Source: Flavobacteriales bacterium | GTDB taxonomy: Bacteria; Bacteroidota; Bacteroidia; Flavobacteriales_D; Sanyastnellaceae | Length of the DNA stretch: 30,511 nucleotides | NCBI GenBank assembly: GCA_046075945.1 | Contig: JBJTRD010000320.1 | Span: forward strand, 1 to 30,511 | Direction of reading: 5' to 3' | In this document: positions 27,810-30,511 of the stretch, one piece after another | Numbering within the stretch: position 1 is the first letter of the stretch | How the letters are laid out: each line of letters opens with the position of its first letter | Program-made: the position numbers and the translations under genes | The notes under the pieces: generated by a model | Told to the model about the DNA's origin: nothing | The model's input: only the letters and a program-made list of their open reading frames with translations | The model's database searches: none

Positions 27810-29852
27810 ATGGCAATGATTGAAAAAATCCGACAGCAGCGTGGTTTGCTGTTGGTAATGGTAGGAATGGGACTTCTATCGTTTCTCATCCCTTACGATG
27901 CGGTGATGTCGCTCTTTGGAAACGGCACTTCAGATATTGGTGAAATAGACGGCCAGTCCATTAGCGCGCAAGAATGGCGCAAAGCACTGGAAGACCGCGA
28001 ACCGCTTTTCCAATACCAGGGCAATGAACAAAGTCTTTCCAATGATACCTGGAACCAATTGACCGAGAATATTCTTTACCAAGATGAGTATACTGCATTG
28101 GGAATTGAAATTACCGATGAGGAGTATGAGGAAATTACCTTCGGAGAGCTCCTTTCTCCTTTTGTGAAAAGCACCATTTATGGCGGCAAAGACAGCACGG
28201 CCATGAAAGAACAAGTACGCAAAGGGTTCGATGGTATGGACGCGAAAATGTCCGACAACTGGAAGAAACTCATCAAACAAAAGCGCCAGAAAGAGAAGTA
28301 CGATGCAATGCTGAAGAAAGGTGTTTTTGCAAATAACATCGATGCAAAATGGGCGTTCAAAACGGCCAACGACAAAGTCACTATTGATTTTGTTGTAAAG
28401 TCATTCACCGAAATCCCGGACAGCACAGTCGAATGGACAGACAGCGACATACGCTCGTTTTACAACAAACACAAGAATGACCGCGAGTATCGCCAGGAAA
28501 CCAGCCGCACCGTGAAGTATCTCAATTTCCCGGTGGCAGCTTCAACTTCCGACAGTGCGTCATCACGTGAAGCACTTGAGAAATTAGCGGCTGACTTCCG
28601 CACTGCTTCCAGCGATTCAATGTTTGCACTTAACAACGCTGCTACCGGCAACGAAGCGTACACCAAGTATACCGATGGAATGCTTCCTACTGATGTAGAA
28701 TCACGCATCAAAAATGATTCGTTGGGAACCGTGATGGGTCCTTTCATCCACAATGGTAAATACTTGTTGGTGAAATCAAGCAAGCGTGGACTTGATAAAG
28801 ACATGGTTGAAGCCCGCCACATCCTTATAAAAGACAAGGCCACAGGAAAAGCTACGCTCGACTCTCTGCAGGGTGTTATTGCGAAAAACAAGAACTTCGA
28901 AGAAATGGCCAAGCAATATTCACAAGACCCGGGCAGCGGCGCACAAGGCGGAGGCCTCGGCAAATTCGGACGCGGTCAAATGGTGAAGCCATTCGAAGAT
29001 GCTTGCTTTAACGGCGCAGTCGGCTCTCTTCAAGTTGTAGAAAGTGAATTCGGCTGGCACCTCATCGAGGTTACAGGAAAGAACTTCCCCTACACAAAAG
29101 TTGCTCAGATTGACCGTCCTATTGAGCCTAGCAGCAAAACTGTGAAGAGTGCTTATGCCATGGCTAAGGACTTTACGCTCAACTGTGCGGATACTGCTGC
29201 TTTCAGAATGGCGGCAGATACCCTTCAGGGAGGAACAAAAATGGTTGAGGCCAAAAACATCAAACCCAATTCAACTTCCGTTGCAGCACTGGCCGATGCG
29301 GGCGAGCTCGTGAGCTGGTGTTATAGTGCCGACCTTGGTGAAATTTCACAACCGATGCTGATCGGAAAAGACTATGTGATTGCCGCCCTTACGGAGGTAA
29401 AAGAAAAAGGGGTCCCAACCTTTGAAAACGTATACGACGTTATGAAGGCAGAGACTATCAAAGAGAAGAAGGCCGAGAAATATGCTGCTATGATGAATGA
29501 GGGCTCATTGACCGATATCGCGGCGCGTATTCAATCGGAAGTGAAAAAAGCGGAAAACGTTACCATGCGCAGTTCCAATCTACCTTCCAGCGGTGTAAGT
29601 GTTGCTGAAAACGTAGTGATTGGTGCATGCTTCGGATTAGGCACAGGTAAAATGTCAAAAGCAATTGTTGGGAAAGGCGGCGTGTACGTGATTCAACGCA
29701 GTGCTGAAATTACAGCCGGTGAATCGCTAGATAACTACGCAGCCGACCTAGACCGTACAACTGCCACATACCAGCAGAAAGCATCGAACAGCGTCTTTAA
29801 TTCATACAAGGAAGCGGCTCAAATAGAAGACAACCGCTACGAACGTCGATAA
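27810..29852 (+). CDS. ppiD: PpiD-like membrane-anchored parvulin peptidyl-prolyl isomerase/chaperone (680 aa)
   Basis: N-terminal MIEKIR plus a TM anchor and a SurA-N-like region. Rotamase domain VEARHILIK...YSQDPGS..QGGGLG.FGRGQMVKPFEDACF...VESEFGWHLIEV. Confidence 0.87.
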   Translation: MAMIEKIRQQRGLLLVMVGMGLLSFLIPYDAVMSLFGNGTSDIGEIDGQSISAQEWRKALEDREPLFQYQGNEQSLSNDTWNQLTENILYQDEYTALGIEITDEEYEEITFGELLSPFVKSTIYGGKDSTAMKEQVRKGFDGMDAKMSDNWKKLIKQKRQKEKYDAMLKKGVFANNIDAKWAFKTANDKVTIDFVVKSFTEIPDSTVEWTDSDIRSFYNKHKNDREYRQETSRTVKYLNFPVAASTSDSASSREALEKLAADFRTASSDSMFALNNAATGNEAYTKYTDGMLPTDVESRIKNDSLGTVMGPFIHNGKYLLVKSSKRGLDKDMVEARHILIKDKATGKATLDSLQGVIAKNKNFEEMAKQYSQDPGSGAQGGGLGKFGRGQMVKPFEDACFNGAVGSLQVVESEFGWHLIEVTGKNFPYTKVAQIDRPIEPSSKTVKSAYAMAKDFTLNCADTAAFRMAADTLQGGTKMVEAKNIKPNSTSVAALADAGELVSWCYSADLGEISQPMLIGKDYVIAALTEVKEKGVPTFENVYDVMKAETIKEKKAEKYAAMMNEGSLTDIAARIQSEVKKAENVTMRSSNLPSSGVSVAENVVIGACFGLGTGKMSKAIVGKGGVYVIQRSAEITAGESLDNYAADLDRTTATYQQKASNSVFNSYKEAAQIEDNRYERR

Positions 29853-29868
29853 GAATAATCGAGAATAT

Positions 29869-29902
29869 AAAAAGCCCGGCCATAGTGTCGGGCTTTTTCT
29901 TT
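29869..29902 (+). terminator. Intrinsic terminator after ppiD
   Basis: AAAAAGCCCGGC-catagt-GTCGGGCTTTTT followed by CTTT. Confidence 0.85.
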
Positions 29903-29991
29903 CAGGCAAGATGTTACAATGCTCATGAATCGCTAGTGAATTGTTTATTGTTTTCAGATTCTCACTTACTCAATTCGCTATTGCCTGCGGT

Positions 29992-29999
29992 TAAATTTG
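29992..29999 (+). promoter_or_regulatory. -7 element TAAATTTG, 4 nt upstream of the lysS ATG
   Basis: Exact TAnnTTTG match followed by CTGC-ATG (30004); lies downstream of the ppiD terminator. Confidence 0.6.
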
Positions 30000-30003
30000 C
30001 TGC

Positions 30004-30511
30004 ATGATTCAACAGCTTTCACCCGAAGAAATCGTTCGTCGCGAGTCGCTCGACAAATTGCGTGCACTGGGCATCGACCCCTTTCCTGCCGCCGCATTCA
30101 CAACCGACTCAACCGCATACGAAATTCTGCATCAATACGAAGATGGTAAAACCGTCACCATTGCCGGTCGCTTGCACAATATGCGCGACATGGGTAAAGC
30201 AAGCTTTGCGCAATTGCAAGACTCAACCGGTAAAATACAGATTTATATCAGCATCGATTCTATCTGCCCCGGCGAGGATAAAACGCTCTACAAAGAAGTA
30301 ATAAAACACCTCATTCACTTCGGTGATTTCGTGGGCGTAACAGGAAAGTTATTTACGACACGCATGGGCGAAATCTCGGTGCATGTCGATTCATTTACGC
30401 TGCTTGCTAAGTCGGTGAAACCGCTGCCCGTGGTGAAGACCGACAAAGACGGCGTGATACATGATGCCTTTACTGACCCGGAGCTTCGCTATCGTATGCG
30501 CTATGTCGATT
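30004..30511 (+). CDS. lysS: Lysyl-tRNA synthetase (class II), N-terminal 169 codons; truncated by right edge
   Basis: Hand translation MIQQLSPEEIVRRESLDKLRALGIDPFP...VTIAGRLHNMRDMGKASFAQLQDSTGKIQIY...GDFVGVTG..FTTRMGEISV...LLAKSVKPLP...FTDPELRYRMRYVD (anticodon-binding OB fold). Confidence 0.96.
   Translation, partial: MIQQLSPEEIVRRESLDKLRALGIDPFPAAAFTTDSTAYEILHQYEDGKTVTIAGRLHNMRDMGKASFAQLQDSTGKIQIYISIDSICPGEDKTLYKEVIKHLIHFGDFVGVTGKLFTTRMGEISVHVDSFTLLAKSVKPLPVVKTDKDGVIHDAFTDPELRYRMRYVD

Noticed and set aside
28178-28963. Antisense ORFs (90 and 167 aa) inside ppiD
   Set aside because: They are shadow frames of a well-supported coding sequence.
1-30511. Mobile elements, prophage, defence systems, tRNA/rRNA
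   Set aside because: I found no integrase, transposase, nuclease or toxin motifs, no terminal repeats, no cloverleaf or rRNA-like segments, and no obvious compositional island.

Overview
Bacteroidota chromosomal window (about 46% GC by eye; probably a non-Flavobacteriaceae member of the Flavobacteriales, which is an inference). The taxon call rests on TAnnTTTG-type promoters, AT-rich SD-less start contexts, Gln at +1 of predicted signal peptides, and a T9SS C-terminal domain. It holds housekeeping and envelope genes: panD, an LPG-synthase-TM/flippase-like gene, rfaE2-like nucleotidyltransferase, DUF349, recX, a membrane protein, frameshifted prfB, fumC, priA, a stand-alone clpP, a small beta-barrel, coaX, a FadL/BamG-like barrel, lptC, a 67-aa membrane protein, CNNM/TlyC, ppiD and a partial lysS. 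It also holds two giant secreted repeat proteins. One is a >2086-aa protein with about 24 PKD-like repeats (1-6260, minus strand, runs off the left edge, absent from the ORF track). The other is a 1623-aa protein with 17 Cys-rich HYR-like repeats and a T9SS CTD. No tRNA, rRNA, CRISPR array or mobile element was seen. Most notable: both giant proteins are almost lysine-free; the HYR-like protein has an unnamed domain of about 170 aa inserted in its first repeat; the PKD protein has an A/B super-repeat with periodic HxH motifs; several promoters sit 4-5 nt from the ATG (near-leaderless); and one gene probably starts at ATT. I do not see clear evidence of a wholly new multi-gene system.
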